A DNA stretch of 58,383 nucleotides from Thermotogota bacterium (GCA_034659095.1 JAYEGQ010000129.1:1-58383), one strand, 5' to 3'. Counted from the stretch's first letter, positions 8,342 to 17,970 are shown. The notes: a model not told the origin generated them from the sequence alone. Program-made: numbers and translations.

Positions 8342-9244
8342 ATGTTTCAGGGAGTAGGCACGGCAATTATCACACCGTTTATAAATAGAGTTGAAGGGAA
8401 TGAAGTACACACAGAAGTGGATTACAACGCATTAGAAAGGTTCTGCGAATTTCAAATAGAAAACAGAGTTAACGCTTTAGTGGTTTTGGGAACAACCGGA
8501 GAAGCACCAAGTGTTGATGCCGTTGAGAGAAGACGGATTGTGGAACATGCGGTTCGGATTTCAAATGGACGGGTACCGATTATCGTTGGGACGGGTACGA
8601 ATAACACCCAACATTGTATCGAAAATAACAAGGTTGCTGAAGAATCGGGGGCAGACGGACTTTTGATTGTTACGCCATATTACAATAAATCGACTCAGAA
8701 AGGGCTTATCCGGCATTTTTCTCACATTGCAGAACAAACGAATCTACCCATTATCTTATACAACGTTCCTTCTCGAACAAGTGTAAATTTATTACCGGAA
8801 ACAGTTATAGAAATTTACAAATCCAATCCCAATGTTATAGCTGTAAAAGAAGCTAGTGGGGATATTTCACAAATCGCGCGTCTGTTGAGTATCAAACCGG
8901 TGGGGTTAAGAGTCTATTCAGGAAATGATGACCAGGCCCTACCCACCATCAGCCTGGGAGGTGAGGGGTGTATTTCTGTGATTTCAAATGTCCTCCCTTC
9001 ACAGTTCAGTGCGTTGGTCCATGAAGCATTGTCGGGTAATTACGAAGAAGCAAGGCGCTATCAAAAAATGCTCTTACCCATGATGAATGCCCTGTTTACC
9101 GAGGTAAATCCCATTCCGGTGAAATACGCCTGTTATAGAGAGGGTCATTGCGAAAATCTCTTGCGTCTTCCCCTAATCGAAGCCAGTGAAAAGACCCAAG
9201 CGTTGATTGATACTCAGTTGGAAAGGTTGGGTGTTGCCATATGA
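8342..9244 (+). CDS. dapA: 4-hydroxy-tetrahydrodipicolinate synthase
   Basis: GVGTAIITPF, GTTGE and YNVPSRT motifs, with the lysine in AVKEASGD. Confidence 0.9.
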   Translation: MFQGVGTAIITPFINRVEGNEVHTEVDYNALERFCEFQIENRVNALVVLGTTGEAPSVDAVERRRIVEHAVRISNGRVPIIVGTGTNNTQHCIENNKVAEESGADGLLIVTPYYNKSTQKGLIRHFSHIAEQTNLPIILYNVPSRTSVNLLPETVIEIYKSNPNVIAVKEASGDISQIARLLSIKPVGLRVYSGNDDQALPTISLGGEGCISVISNVLPSQFSALVHEALSGNYEEARRYQKMLLPMMNALFTEVNPIPVKYACYREGHCENLLRLPLIEASEKTQALIDTQLERLGVAI

Positions 9245-9900
9245 AATACGGCATCATGGGCTATTCCGGAAGAATGGGTAAGCTGATACAGGAAGTTTTC
9301 AAAGAAAGAGGCCATGCCCTGGTTTACCGATGTGATCTGAAAGAGGAATACCGGGATGACATTCCCCAGGTGATGGTGGATTTTTCCACTCCAAAGGCAT
9401 TTGACAGGTTGATGGTAAAGGCAGAAGACTTTAATTGTTCTCTGGTGGTAGGAACAACGGCTTTAAAAGTGGATGATATTGACAGATTAAAAGCCTATGC
9501 AAAGAAGAAAAGCGTGGTATACACAAGAAACTTCTCCAAGGGCATATTGATTATGAAAAATATTATCAAAGGCATTTCCGGAGAGGTACACGATTGGGAT
9601 ATAGAAATTATTGAAAAACATCATCGATTTAAAAAAGACAAACCATCGGGCACTGCTAAAATGCTGGCTGAATGCTTTGATTTCGAAGTGCCCACTTCCA
9701 GTATTCGGATGGGGGGGATTCCCGGTGAGCATTCCATTTTAATTGCCGGACTGGGTGAAATTATTGAGATCAAGCATCAGGCCATATCTCCAAGAACTTT
9801 TGCCGAGGGAGCCTGTTTTGCAGCTGAGAGGGTTGTCAAGCTTGAAAAGGGTTTTTATACCTTTGATGAAATCTGTGCCATGGAGGAACAAGATGGATAG
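9241..9900 (+). CDS. dapB: 4-hydroxy-tetrahydrodipicolinate reductase (short form)
   Basis: MKYGIMGYSGRMG N-terminus and E.HH..K.D.PSGTA motif (EKHHRFKKDKPSGTA). ATGA overlap with dapA. Confidence 0.85.
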   Translation: MKYGIMGYSGRMGKLIQEVFKERGHALVYRCDLKEEYRDDIPQVMVDFSTPKAFDRLMVKAEDFNCSLVVGTTALKVDDIDRLKAYAKKKSVVYTRNFSKGILIMKNIIKGISGEVHDWDIEIIEKHHRFKKDKPSGTAKMLAECFDFEVPTSSIRMGGIPGEHSILIAGLGEIIEIKHQAISPRTFAEGACFAAERVVKLEKGFYTFDEICAMEEQDG

Positions 9901-10591
9901 TTATGAATTGATTAATCAAATTGCAAATTCCAAAAAAAACACTCCAGTAAAAGTGACTTTGAAGGGAAAATTGAATCAAAATATTCGAAATGCGGAAGGT
10001 TTTTTCGGAAATGGAGATTTTGGGGTTCTCTATTGTTCTCTTGATGAATGGGAAAGAATTAAGGAGAAAGATTCAGAGCTGATAGATGACTATGTTCTGG
10101 AATGCGACAGGCGAAACTCCGCCATCCCAATGGCGGAGTTGACAAAATACAACGCCCGTATTGAGCCCGGTGCAATTATTCGTGAGTTTGTGGAAATTGG
10201 AGACGGTGCGGTGATTATGATGGGAGCGGTACTGAATTTGGGCGGTGTTGTGGGCAAGGGAACCATGATCGACATGAATGTGGTTCTTGGCGGTCGAGCA
10301 CAAGTGGGTGAGAATTGCCACATTGGCGCCGGTGCTGTACTGGCAGGGGTTATCGAACCACCCAGTGCCGATCCTGTTGTTATTGAAGACAATGTATTGG
10401 TGGGTGCGAATGCCGTAATAGCAGAAGGTGTGCGAGTGGGTAAAAACGCTGTGATTGCTGCAGGTTCAGTGGTGCTGAGCGATGTGGAGGCCAACTGCGT
10501 TTATGCCGGGATCCCGGCAAGGAAGATAAAAGAAGTTGATACCAGGACACAGAGTAAAACTCAAATGATACAGGCTTTGAGAAACCTTTGA
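9893..10591 (+). CDS. dapH: tetrahydrodipicolinate N-acetyltransferase (DapH-type, hexapeptide repeat)
   Basis: The internal ATG at 9893 gives MDSYELINQIANSKKNTPVKV, as in Bacillus-type DapH. Left-handed beta-helix hexapeptide repeats follow (IGDGAVIMMGAVLNLGG...). Confidence 0.85.
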   Translation: MDSYELINQIANSKKNTPVKVTLKGKLNQNIRNAEGFFGNGDFGVLYCSLDEWERIKEKDSELIDDYVLECDRRNSAIPMAELTKYNARIEPGAIIREFVEIGDGAVIMMGAVLNLGGVVGKGTMIDMNVVLGGRAQVGENCHIGAGAVLAGVIEPPSADPVVIEDNVLVGANAVIAEGVRVGKNAVIAAGSVVLSDVEANCVYAGIPARKIKEVDTRTQSKTQMIQALRNL

Positions 10592-10606
10592 CCTTGGAAT
10601 GCGATC

Positions 10607-11827
10607 ATGATAGAAGTCAAAAGAAACCTAAAAGTTCAAAAATATGGGGGCAGTTCACTGGCTGATGAAGAAAAAATCAGAATCGTTGCCCAGAAGATAA
10701 AAAGCACATTGGAGCAAGGATACAGATTAACGGTAGTCGTCTCAGCAAACGGAAATACCACAAACAGATTGATTAATAGGGCTATGGGGATTAATTCTTC
10801 ACCTCATAACAGAGAATTGGATATGCTGGTTTCAACCGGTGAGCAAATCTCAGCTTCACTTTTGACTATGGCCTTGCATGCTATAGATGTTCAGGCAGTC
10901 TCAGTCAATGCCTATCAGTTGGGAATTGAAACAGATCAAGCTTATACAGAGGCGAAGATTCGAAAGATTGATTCTCAGAGATTGCAAAGATACCTGACAG
11001 ACTACGAAGTACTCGTAGTCACCGGCTTTCAGGGAATAACACAAGAGAACGAAATCACCACCCTTGGCAGAGGCGGTTCGGATACGTCAGCTGTGGCACT
11101 GGCGGCTACTTTGGCATGTGATTGTGAAATATTCAGCGATTTTGACGGTATCTTTACCGTTGATCCAAGAATCTTGCCAAAGGCTAAGAAGCTTGAACGG
11201 ATTACCTATGATGAAATGCTTGAAATGGCCAGCCTTGGTGCCAATGTTCTTCACAACAGAGCTGTGGAGATTGCTAAGAAATATAACGTACGCCTCAGGT
11301 GTGCATCAACTTTTTCAGATAAGGGAGGAACAACGGTGACAGAAAATTACTTGGAAGCACCTGTTGTAAGCGGATTAAGCGTGATGAGAGATCAGACCCA
11401 AATCACACTGTCAAACTTACCTCATGGGGTGGCCATTAATAAAGAGGTATTTACAATCGCCTCTTCAAAAAACTGGAATATCGATATGATCTCCATCATA
11501 CAGATCAACGGACACTTGGATGTGGCGTTCACCGTTGTGGAAAGCATTATCGATGACGTGAAATCCACTTACGAGTCTATCTTCCAACATTACGAAGATG
11601 TTGTAATTAGAACGCAAACGGGATTTGCGAAGATATCCGTTGTGGGTCTAAGCATGAGAACGGAATCCGGAGTGGCTTCTCGGTTCTTTGCGGCGTTGGC
11701 GAAAGGCTCCATACATGTTAAAATGGTAACAACATCGGAAATTAAAATATCCGTGTTAATCCCGCAGGAGCAGCTTGAAACCGCTGTTTTATGTTTAAGC
11801 GAGGAGTTTGACTTATGTTCAGAATGA
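10607..11827 (+). CDS. lysC: aspartate kinase
   Basis: KVQKYGGSSL N-terminus, GRGGSDTSAVALA motif and two C-terminal ACT-like repeats. Confidence 0.9.
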   Translation: MIEVKRNLKVQKYGGSSLADEEKIRIVAQKIKSTLEQGYRLTVVVSANGNTTNRLINRAMGINSSPHNRELDMLVSTGEQISASLLTMALHAIDVQAVSVNAYQLGIETDQAYTEAKIRKIDSQRLQRYLTDYEVLVVTGFQGITQENEITTLGRGGSDTSAVALAATLACDCEIFSDFDGIFTVDPRILPKAKKLERITYDEMLEMASLGANVLHNRAVEIAKKYNVRLRCASTFSDKGGTTVTENYLEAPVVSGLSVMRDQTQITLSNLPHGVAINKEVFTIASSKNWNIDMISIIQINGHLDVAFTVVESIIDDVKSTYESIFQHYEDVVIRTQTGFAKISVVGLSMRTESGVASRFFAALAKGSIHVKMVTTSEIKISVLIPQEQLETAVLCLSEEFDLCSE

Positions 11828-12951
11828 ATCTATACAAAGAGTTTGACTTTAAAGTAGACAAAGCATTGGGTGTGATTATATACGATACCCGGGGAAACCG
11901 TTATTTGGATACCTTCAGCGGCATCGGTGTCTTGGCCCTGGGTCATTCCCACGAGGAAGTTCTTAAGGCTCAAGAACGACAGATGAAACGATTTGAGCAT
12001 ATCTCAAACTTTTTCATCCAGGATGATGCAGAGGAGATAGCGAAAGTACTGGTGACTAAAACCGGAAGAACCGGACAAGTCTTTTTCACCAACTCGGGAA
12101 CTGAAGCCGTGGAAGCAGCCTTGAAAGCTGTGAAAAAGAAATCACAGGAATCCGGAAGAAAAAAGATTATGACCTTCAGCAACGCCTTTCACGGAAGAAC
12201 TCTGGGATCCCTCTCTTTAAACGGCTTTGAGCGCATGAGAAAACCTTTCGAACCCTTGCTGGATAATGTCATTCGCATTCCCTTCAACAGCATGGAGAAA
12301 TTCCGGGAGGCGATTGATAAACACCTCAATGAAACCGTTGCATTATTCCTTGAACCCATTCAGGGATCAGGCGGTGTGGTGAAGCTGGATCAGGCGATTG
12401 CCGACATGATTAAAAATACCCTGGGTAAAAACGATGTATTGCTTGTATGTGATGAAATACAGGCAGGCTTGGGAAGAACCGGTAAATTCTACGCCTATCA
12501 GCATCTGGGAATTCACCCCGACATCATTACCCTGGGAAAGGCTATCGGTGGCGGCCTTCCGCTTGGTGCCACAGTATTCCTAAACGGTACCGAAACCATC
12601 TTCCAACAGGGCGACCACGGCTCCACCTTCGCCCCAAACCCCATCTCAATAGCCGGTGGCAAAGTTGTTGTCATGAAAATATCCGAAATATTGGATGAGA
12701 TCGAAGAAAAAGGCGCCTATTTTGTCTCAAAGTTAAAACAGTCTGAAAAGATCCAAGAAATCAGGCAAAACGGTCTTATGATCGGTATCACATTAACAGA
12801 GGAGGATCCCGGACTAAGAGAAAAAGCCCAGAAAAAGGGGCTGTTGATTAATATGCTTAATAATCGGATTATCCGATTGCTTCCGGCGTTGAATATTGAG
12901 TATTCGGAGATGGATGAGATGACTGGGATTTTGAATGAGCTTTTATTGTAA
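11815..12951 (+). CDS. class-III (ArgD-like) aminotransferase, probable N-acyl-diaminopimelate/acetylornithine aminotransferase
   Basis: FTNSGTEAVEAALK, DEIQAGLGRTGK and the PLP-lysine context LGKAIGGGLP. It is the last gene of the L-box operon. Confidence 0.8.
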   Translation: MFRMNLYKEFDFKVDKALGVIIYDTRGNRYLDTFSGIGVLALGHSHEEVLKAQERQMKRFEHISNFFIQDDAEEIAKVLVTKTGRTGQVFFTNSGTEAVEAALKAVKKKSQESGRKKIMTFSNAFHGRTLGSLSLNGFERMRKPFEPLLDNVIRIPFNSMEKFREAIDKHLNETVALFLEPIQGSGGVVKLDQAIADMIKNTLGKNDVLLVCDEIQAGLGRTGKFYAYQHLGIHPDIITLGKAIGGGLPLGATVFLNGTETIFQQGDHGSTFAPNPISIAGGKVVVMKISEILDEIEEKGAYFVSKLKQSEKIQEIRQNGLMIGITLTEEDPGLREKAQKKGLLINMLNNRIIRLLPALNIEYSEMDEMTGILNELLL

Positions 12952-13012
12952 AGCGTTTATTTGAGAATTGTTAGATATAAAAATATCGGGTGAATTTTTT
13001 GAGGTGAAAGAA

Positions 13013-13055
13013 CGTTTAGACTCCCCACCTACAAAGTGGGTGGGGAGTCTAAACG
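13013..13055. repeat. 17-bp perfect inverted repeat (hairpin) between convergent genes
   Basis: CGTTTAGACTCCCCACC (13013-13029) pairs with GGTGGGGAGTCTAAACG (13039-13055) around a 9-nt loop. The reverse strand reads GTAGGTGGGGAG, related to the REP head. No clean U-tract follows. Confidence 0.55.
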
Positions 13056-13197
13056 TTACAACAGGAACAGTACAATTATGAACTTAAGAAAAAACCTGGA
13101 GAGTTTTCTTAAAGCTGTAAACAAATTTTTCTGTTTGAAAGAGTCTTCCAAAACTTCTATATAAGATATTTCTATTGATTCAACTATCTACATTTAT

Positions 13198-14451
13198 TTA
13201 AAACTCCGCATGATAGACAGGTTTCTCGCATTTGGTTATTAGTTCAGATACTTTTTTCATCAAAGTATTGTCTGAACACTCTGCCAATCCGTAATTGACG
13301 AGTTTTCTCATAGCTACGGCACCGAATAGCATGGATGAAAAATTGGCCATGGATAGTTTTATAGTGAGGTCCGCATCTTCTTTACTTGAATAAATTCCGT
13401 TTTCAGTTATTTTTAATTTGATATCTTGCTTTTGTTCTTTTAAGAAGGGTTCGTTGATATCAAATAGGCAGACAATGCCCTTGTCATGGTTGTCTTTTTC
13501 TTCAGATAGTTGATTTACAAAGCCTTTGGTATCAAGTACTCGGAACATCAGACCGGTACTGGCATAGGCCATTGTGTGATTGGCGTGGGGGAATATGGCT
13601 TTGGTGTTATCTGCAGGGTTGTCGAATTGTTGATAAAAGGTGTCGTCCTGGGTGTAAAAGCGGATGTTTTCAAACTGATCAGCTTGTGTTCTCAAGAATC
13701 CCAAAAGGGCTTTTCTGCCCGTTGTATTAAGCGTAATGAATTCGTGGACCTTTAAATCGTGTCTTAAAAAATTGTCATCGGAGAGTTTAAATGGGCTGCA
13801 GATGGCGTATGCCATTAGTTTGTTGTTTTCTCTGTAACCAATGACGATGTTTGTGTGATTGTTCAGCATGGCTTTCGGCCATTCGGCATTACGTTTGATT
13901 TCTCCATTGGTTCTTTCAAAATGGCTTTGATAACATTCTGCGATATCTTTGATACCGTCTTCATTCAAAAATGTTACTTGTTTTGAGTTTTCGTGGATTT
14001 CAATTCTATTTGTCGGCAGACAATATCTATAAAAGGGAGTAAGTAAACCAAATCCCATCTTTTTATAAAAATCGACTCTGAAAGGATGAAGGATTGAGCT
14101 GTAAATACCTTGGTCCATGAATCGTTGAAGGCCGAAGGCAATCATATCACGGCAGATGTGTCTTTTCTTGTAGACAAGATCTACCCCAACTCCACCGATA
14201 CCACCTGTTCGAATTGCTTTTCCACGGAAGTTCAAGGTGAAATCAAATAAAATCATGATTCCCAACAGTTTTTCATCGTCAGAATAAGCGCCTATAGGGG
14301 TAACGGTGTCTTTGGCGAAGAGTTTTTTGTAACGCTCGGTACTTTTTTCAGCATCTTGAGATGTTCCAGCAAAAGCCGGGTAAACATGATTTCGGATGTG
14401 AAGAAAATCTATGATTTCATTTTCTTTGAGTTCTCTGAAATGATAGGTCAT
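13198..14451 (-). CDS. Eis-like GNAT N-acetyltransferase with C-terminal SCP2-like domain
   Basis: ATG at 14451 after AGGAGGAC. GNAT core GIGGVGVDLVYKKRHICRDMI. About 417 aa with a three-domain Eis-like length and layout. Confidence 0.65.
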   Translation of the reverse strand: MTYHFRELKENEIIDFLHIRNHVYPAFAGTSQDAEKSTERYKKLFAKDTVTPIGAYSDDEKLLGIMILFDFTLNFRGKAIRTGGIGGVGVDLVYKKRHICRDMIAFGLQRFMDQGIYSSILHPFRVDFYKKMGFGLLTPFYRYCLPTNRIEIHENSKQVTFLNEDGIKDIAECYQSHFERTNGEIKRNAEWPKAMLNNHTNIVIGYRENNKLMAYAICSPFKLSDDNFLRHDLKVHEFITLNTTGRKALLGFLRTQADQFENIRFYTQDDTFYQQFDNPADNTKAIFPHANHTMAYASTGLMFRVLDTKGFVNQLSEEKDNHDKGIVCLFDINEPFLKEQKQDIKLKITENGIYSSKEDADLTIKLSMANFSSMLFGAVAMRKLVNYGLAECSDNTLMKKVSELITKCEKPVYHAEF

Positions 14452-14472
14452 TTTTAGTCCTCCTGAGTAAAT

Positions 14473-14496
14473 GTAGGGGCTCCACTGTGGGTGCCC
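14473..14496 (+). repeat. GTAGGGG-headed GC-rich REP-like element, copy 2
   Basis: GTAGGGGCTCCACTGTGGGTGCCC shares the TGTAGGGG...TGTGG.TGCCC pattern with 4259-4283. Confidence 0.55.
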
Positions 14497-14510
14497 AATC
14501 ATTATACAAT

Positions 14511-14540
14511 AAAAAGCCACACCGTTTGGTGTGGCTTTTT
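14511..14540 (-). terminator. intrinsic terminator of the encapsulin operon (symmetric A/T flanks)
   Basis: AAAAAGCCACACC gttt GGTGTGGCTTTTT, a 13-nt complementary arm pair located 23 nt after the encapsulin stop. Confidence 0.75.
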
Positions 14541-14562
14541 GGAGAATTTATTATGTGTTTAC

Positions 14563-15354
14563 TTATTCAAGCACTATGGATGCTTCCGGTGCGTTAACTC
14601 TGAAGGTGAAGGATTCAATGAAGAAGAATACCAGTTCATTTCCTTCCTGGTGGGAGAATCCTACGGATATGTCCTGTCCCACGATGAACTCAAAGTCTTC
14701 ACTGTTGACTGGGAGAATTAACCCTTTGTCTTCCAGATCAGGGGCGAATATGATTTCGCCTTCCAACAGGTTTTCCAGTCTTCTTTTTGCAGGATAACCC
14801 TTTTCATTTGGTTTGTAAAGCAATGACCTAAATTTATCTCCCACTAGCAAGTTGTAAGGCCCTTCAATCCCCTGATCTTCCAAGACCCTTACGGCTTCTG
14901 CCACTGGCTTAACCAGATCATCCTCAACGGATACATGATCATTTTCCGAAACGGGAAGAATGCCTTTGATATTGGCATCGTTCAATCCGTTAAAGATTGC
15001 CAAATTTTCTACCTTAGCGATCTTTGCAGCAGCCTCTATAAGTGAGTCGGTATCCACATCTTCAGCGCCTCTCATGAGGGATTCAATTTCATCGATTTTG
15101 AGTCTGAAGGGTACTTCAATTTCCACCATGGGCAGGACTTGTCTTTTAGAATACCTTACGCCATCGATGGGCTTTTGATCCAATTCTACTTTTCTTCCGG
15201 TGTTGACTGCGGCAAAGTCCATTCCCTTCGGTCCCACAAAATCAACCACTTGTCTTGCAGACAACTTTAAATTTAATACACGTCTTGCTTCTTCATCTAT
15301 AAAGTCCCAAGCTTCCTGGGTAATCGGTGCAACATGTCGCTTTAAATTGGCCAT
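14563..15354 (-). CDS. family 1 encapsulin shell protein (linocin M18-like)
   Basis: The internal ATG at 15354 gives MANLKRHVAPITQEAWDFIDEEARRV. The protein is collinear with the T. maritima encapsulin ([20 protein letters not shown]...; GIEGPY; FTFRV..PEA). Confidence 0.9.
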   Translation of the reverse strand: MANLKRHVAPITQEAWDFIDEEARRVLNLKLSARQVVDFVGPKGMDFAAVNTGRKVELDQKPIDGVRYSKRQVLPMVEIEVPFRLKIDEIESLMRGAEDVDTDSLIEAAAKIAKVENLAIFNGLNDANIKGILPVSENDHVSVEDDLVKPVAEAVRVLEDQGIEGPYNLLVGDKFRSLLYKPNEKGYPAKRRLENLLEGEIIFAPDLEDKGLILPVNSEDFEFIVGQDISVGFSHQEGNELVFFFIESFTFRVNAPEASIVLE

Positions 15355-15367
15355 TTTCAATCCTCCT

Positions 15368-15724
15368 TTATTTCTTCTTTTTTCCAATACCAAGTGATCC
15401 GTCTGAGTTGCCACCGGCTGATTCATTTTCTTCTCCGGCACCACCCTCTTCAATTTCTGTGATTTCTCCTTGGGTAAACAGGAACTCTTTCATGTTTTCG
15501 TCCCAAACTGCGTTTTTTCTTCTTAGCCATTCCAGACCCATGCAGGCATGCTCAATTTCTTCGTCTCGGTTATGCTCAACAATGGCCTTTACTGTAGGAT
15601 CACTAGTTGCTGCTGCTCGCTGATTGTACCAGTCAATGGCTTCCAATTCCTCGATAACACTCTTGATAATTCTGTGGTACTCCTTCGCTTCTTCAGGTAG
15701 ATTGTCTTCGTGATACTCACTCAT
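15368..15724 (-). CDS. ferritin-like protein, encapsulin cargo
   Basis: ExxH ferroxidase-type motifs (EELEAIDWY, RDEEIEHA). A Gly/Glu-rich linker leads to the C-terminal targeting peptide SDGSLGIGKKKK. Its stop is 11 nt before the encapsulin ATG. Confidence 0.85.
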   Translation of the reverse strand: MSEYHEDNLPEEAKEYHRIIKSVIEELEAIDWYNQRAAATSDPTVKAIVEHNRDEEIEHACMGLEWLRRKNAVWDENMKEFLFTQGEITEIEEGGAGEENESAGGNSDGSLGIGKKKK

Positions 15725-15777
15725 GTGATCTCCTCCTTGTTGATTTTGTTATTTAATTAAAACTATAGGTCTTACTT

Positions 15778-15783
15778 ATTATA
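15778..15783 (-). promoter_or_regulatory. -10 box candidate for the Flp-encapsulin operon
   Basis: Reverse-strand TATAAT about 50 nt upstream of the Flp ATG. Confidence 0.35.
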
Positions 15784-15952
15784 GTTGTTTCATTTGGTTT
15801 TGTCAATTGAGAGTATAGTGTTGATTAACTTACTTTCTTATAGTATATATAACGAAATTATGTTCGGTTTTCTTACAAAAATCATGCTTCACGTTTTCTT
15901 CACGTTGATCATGATAGGATTGATTCATGAAAAGAAAAAAGGGGGGAGTAAA

Positions 15953-16342
15953 GTGAAAGAGACCATCAAACAGATTATGAAAAAGCTTTTCCGCCTTGAG
16001 GAGAGTGCATATCCGGGAAATGACCAGGTTGTTGATCCGGAGACTGGATATTCCATCACCACAAAGGGAGATTTTGACTGGATGTCAAATTTACTGAGAA
16101 AGATGGGATTTGAGGTTTATTGGCTGTGTGAGAGAACGGGAAAGCAAATCGGACTGATTATAGATAAGATGTTGTACGTTTGTTCCAGTAAAAAGGCGTT
16201 GGATTCAAAATATCATGAGATTTACATGAACGATATCGCCATGTACAAGGAATACGATGAGTTTTCCGAGAACAAGAACGCCCTTTTTGGAATTGTGTTT
16301 AAAGATGACAACGGCTTTGAATATTGCTGGAAGAAGCTGTAA
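15953..16342 (+). CDS. hypothetical protein (unknown family)
   Basis: GTG at 15953 follows a strong SD GGGGGGAG. The alternative ATG at 15860 would add a TM helix (MFGFLTKIMLHVFFTLIMIGLIH). I recognise no motif. Confidence 0.45.
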   Translation: MKETIKQIMKKLFRLEESAYPGNDQVVDPETGYSITTKGDFDWMSNLLRKMGFEVYWLCERTGKQIGLIIDKMLYVCSSKKALDSKYHEIYMNDIAMYKEYDEFSENKNALFGIVFKDDNGFEYCWKKL

Positions 16343-16346
16343 AAAA

Positions 16347-16377
16347 GGCAGATAAGTCAAACTCATCTGCCCCTTTT
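16347..16377. terminator. hairpin between convergent genes
   Basis: GGCAGAT (16347-16353) pairs with ATCTGCC (16365-16371), followed by CCTTTT. Confidence 0.45.
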
Positions 16378-16400
16378 CAAGGAAGGTTTTTTAAAAGTTG

Positions 16401-17108
16401 TTACATTCCCAGATATGCCTTTTGCACATCCGGGTTTGATAGAAGGGCTTTTGCGTCACCCTTCATTATAATTTCTCCGGTTTCGATAACGTACGCGTAA
16501 TCGGAGATAGACAATGCCGAAGCGGCATTTTGTTCAACTAAAAGGATGGTTACACCGTCTTCTTTGTTTATCTTCTCTATGACTTCGGAAACTTCTTTAA
16601 CCAGCAGGGGAGCAAGGCCCAGAGAGGGCTCATCCAGCATCATCAATTTCGGATTGCTCATGAGGCCTCGGCTAATGGCGAGCATTTGCTGCTCACCTCC
16701 TGAAAGGGTACCTCCCGGTTGGTTCAGCCTTTCCTCTAATATGGGAAAAAGCGAAAAAATCCATTCCAGATCCTTTTTTATGCCCATTTTGTCTTTTCTG
16801 TTGAAAGCGCCCATGGTCAAGTTCTCCTTAACTGTTAATCCCGAAAAGATACGCCGTCCTTCAGGTACATGAACGATACCTAACTGAGTAATGGTATGCG
16901 GGGCCATGTTGGTGATTGGTTCTTCGCGAAATTTCACCGTTCCTGTTTTCACTTTTTCCAGCCCGCTGATTCCCGCTAGAGTGGATGTTTTTCCGGCACC
17001 ATTTGCCCCGATTAATGTGACGATCTTACCGGCGGGCACTTCAATGGTGATGTTGTTCACCGCATTAATAGGCCCGTAATTAATACTAAAATCCGTTATT
17101 TGAAGCAT
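16401..17108 (-). CDS. livF: branched-chain amino acid ABC transporter ATP-binding protein
   Basis: Walker A GANGAGKTS, signature LSGGEQQ, Walker B LMMLDEPS. Start is taken at MLQITDF (17108); an in-frame ATG at 17129 is possible. Confidence 0.85.
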   Translation of the reverse strand: MLQITDFSINYGPINAVNNITIEVPAGKIVTLIGANGAGKTSTLAGISGLEKVKTGTVKFREEPITNMAPHTITQLGIVHVPEGRRIFSGLTVKENLTMGAFNRKDKMGIKKDLEWIFSLFPILEERLNQPGGTLSGGEQQMLAISRGLMSNPKLMMLDEPSLGLAPLLVKEVSEVIEKINKEDGVTILLVEQNAASALSISDYAYVIETGEIIMKGDAKALLSNPDVQKAYLGM

Positions 17109-17112
17109 TACC

Positions 17113-17970
17113 TCAGCTGATGACGACATCTTTCCACTCCTCTCCAAGATAAGCCTCGATGACTTTGGGGTTGGATCTGATTTCTTCGGGTTTTCCCATG
17201 GCGATTTCCCTGCCGTAATCCAAAACGATAATTCTCTCACACAAACCCATGACAAATTTCATGTCATGTTCGATTAAAAATACGGTTACGTCGAATTCAT
17301 CTCGAATCTTTCTGACAAGGCTCATCAACGCAACCGATTCGGAGGGATTCATGCCTGCTGCCGGTTCGTCTAACAGCAGCAGTTTTGGCGTTGTTGCAAG
17401 TGCTCTTGCTATTTCAAGCTTTCGCTGCTCGCCATATGGAAGTGATCCTGCCGGTTCATCCTTGTGTTTTAGCATACTTAATTTTTTCAGGATGTTTTCA
17501 GCCTTTTTCTGTTGTTCTCTTTCCTTTTTAAAGTAACCAAATTTGAATACCGATTTCCAAAACCATAGATCAGTGGCTCCTTTTTTGGTTCCTTTCCATT
17601 TATTCATGATCTTATCCGGTTTTGTATTTGCCAATTCATAATGCATGGCGGCCTGAAGGTTTTCTGTGACGGTCATGGTTTTAAACAATCGGATATTTTG
17701 AAAGGTTCTGGCGATTCCAAAGTGTGTTATAAAATGCGGTTCGTAGTTATCGATAATTTTATCTTCTAAGTATACGTGCCCGTGTGTGGGTTTGTATACA
17801 CCCGTTATCACGTTGAATATCGTTGTTTTTCCCGCACCGTTGGGGCCGATCAATCCCAATATTTCACCTTTTTCAATAGATGCTTTAAAATTTTCAACGG
17901 CGACTAATCCGCCAAAGCGCATGGTCATATTGTCAATGGTCATTATGCCTTTTTTCTGATTATTTTTCAT
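17113..17970 (-). CDS. livG: branched-chain amino acid ABC transporter ATP-binding protein
   Basis: Walker A GPNGAGKTT, signature-like LPYGEQRKLE, LLLLDEPAAG, and the LivG-type insertion after the Q-loop. Confidence 0.85.
   Translation of the reverse strand: MKNNQKKGIMTIDNMTMRFGGLVAVENFKASIEKGEILGLIGPNGAGKTTIFNVITGVYKPTHGHVYLEDKIIDNYEPHFITHFGIARTFQNIRLFKTMTVTENLQAAMHYELANTKPDKIMNKWKGTKKGATDLWFWKSVFKFGYFKKEREQQKKAENILKKLSMLKHKDEPAGSLPYGEQRKLEIARALATTPKLLLLDEPAAGMNPSESVALMSLVRKIRDEFDVTVFLIEHDMKFVMGLCERIIVLDYGREIAMGKPEEIRSNPKVIEAYLGEEWKDVVIS

Noticed and set aside
10090-10494. 134-aa antisense ORF inside dapH. Similar long antisense ORFs lie at 56145-56738, 50170-50721, 24823-25368 and 17249-17536.
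   Set aside because: They lie opposite strongly supported genes with clear motifs, have no SD-led starts and have low-complexity compositions. They are typical stop-poor antisense frames of GC-richer coding segments.
14491-14797. Two plus-strand ORFs (76 and 88 aa) overlapping the 3' end of the encapsulin gene.
   Set aside because: They are antisense to a gene with full-length similarity to a characterised encapsulin. They have no SD and begin inside the terminator/REP region.
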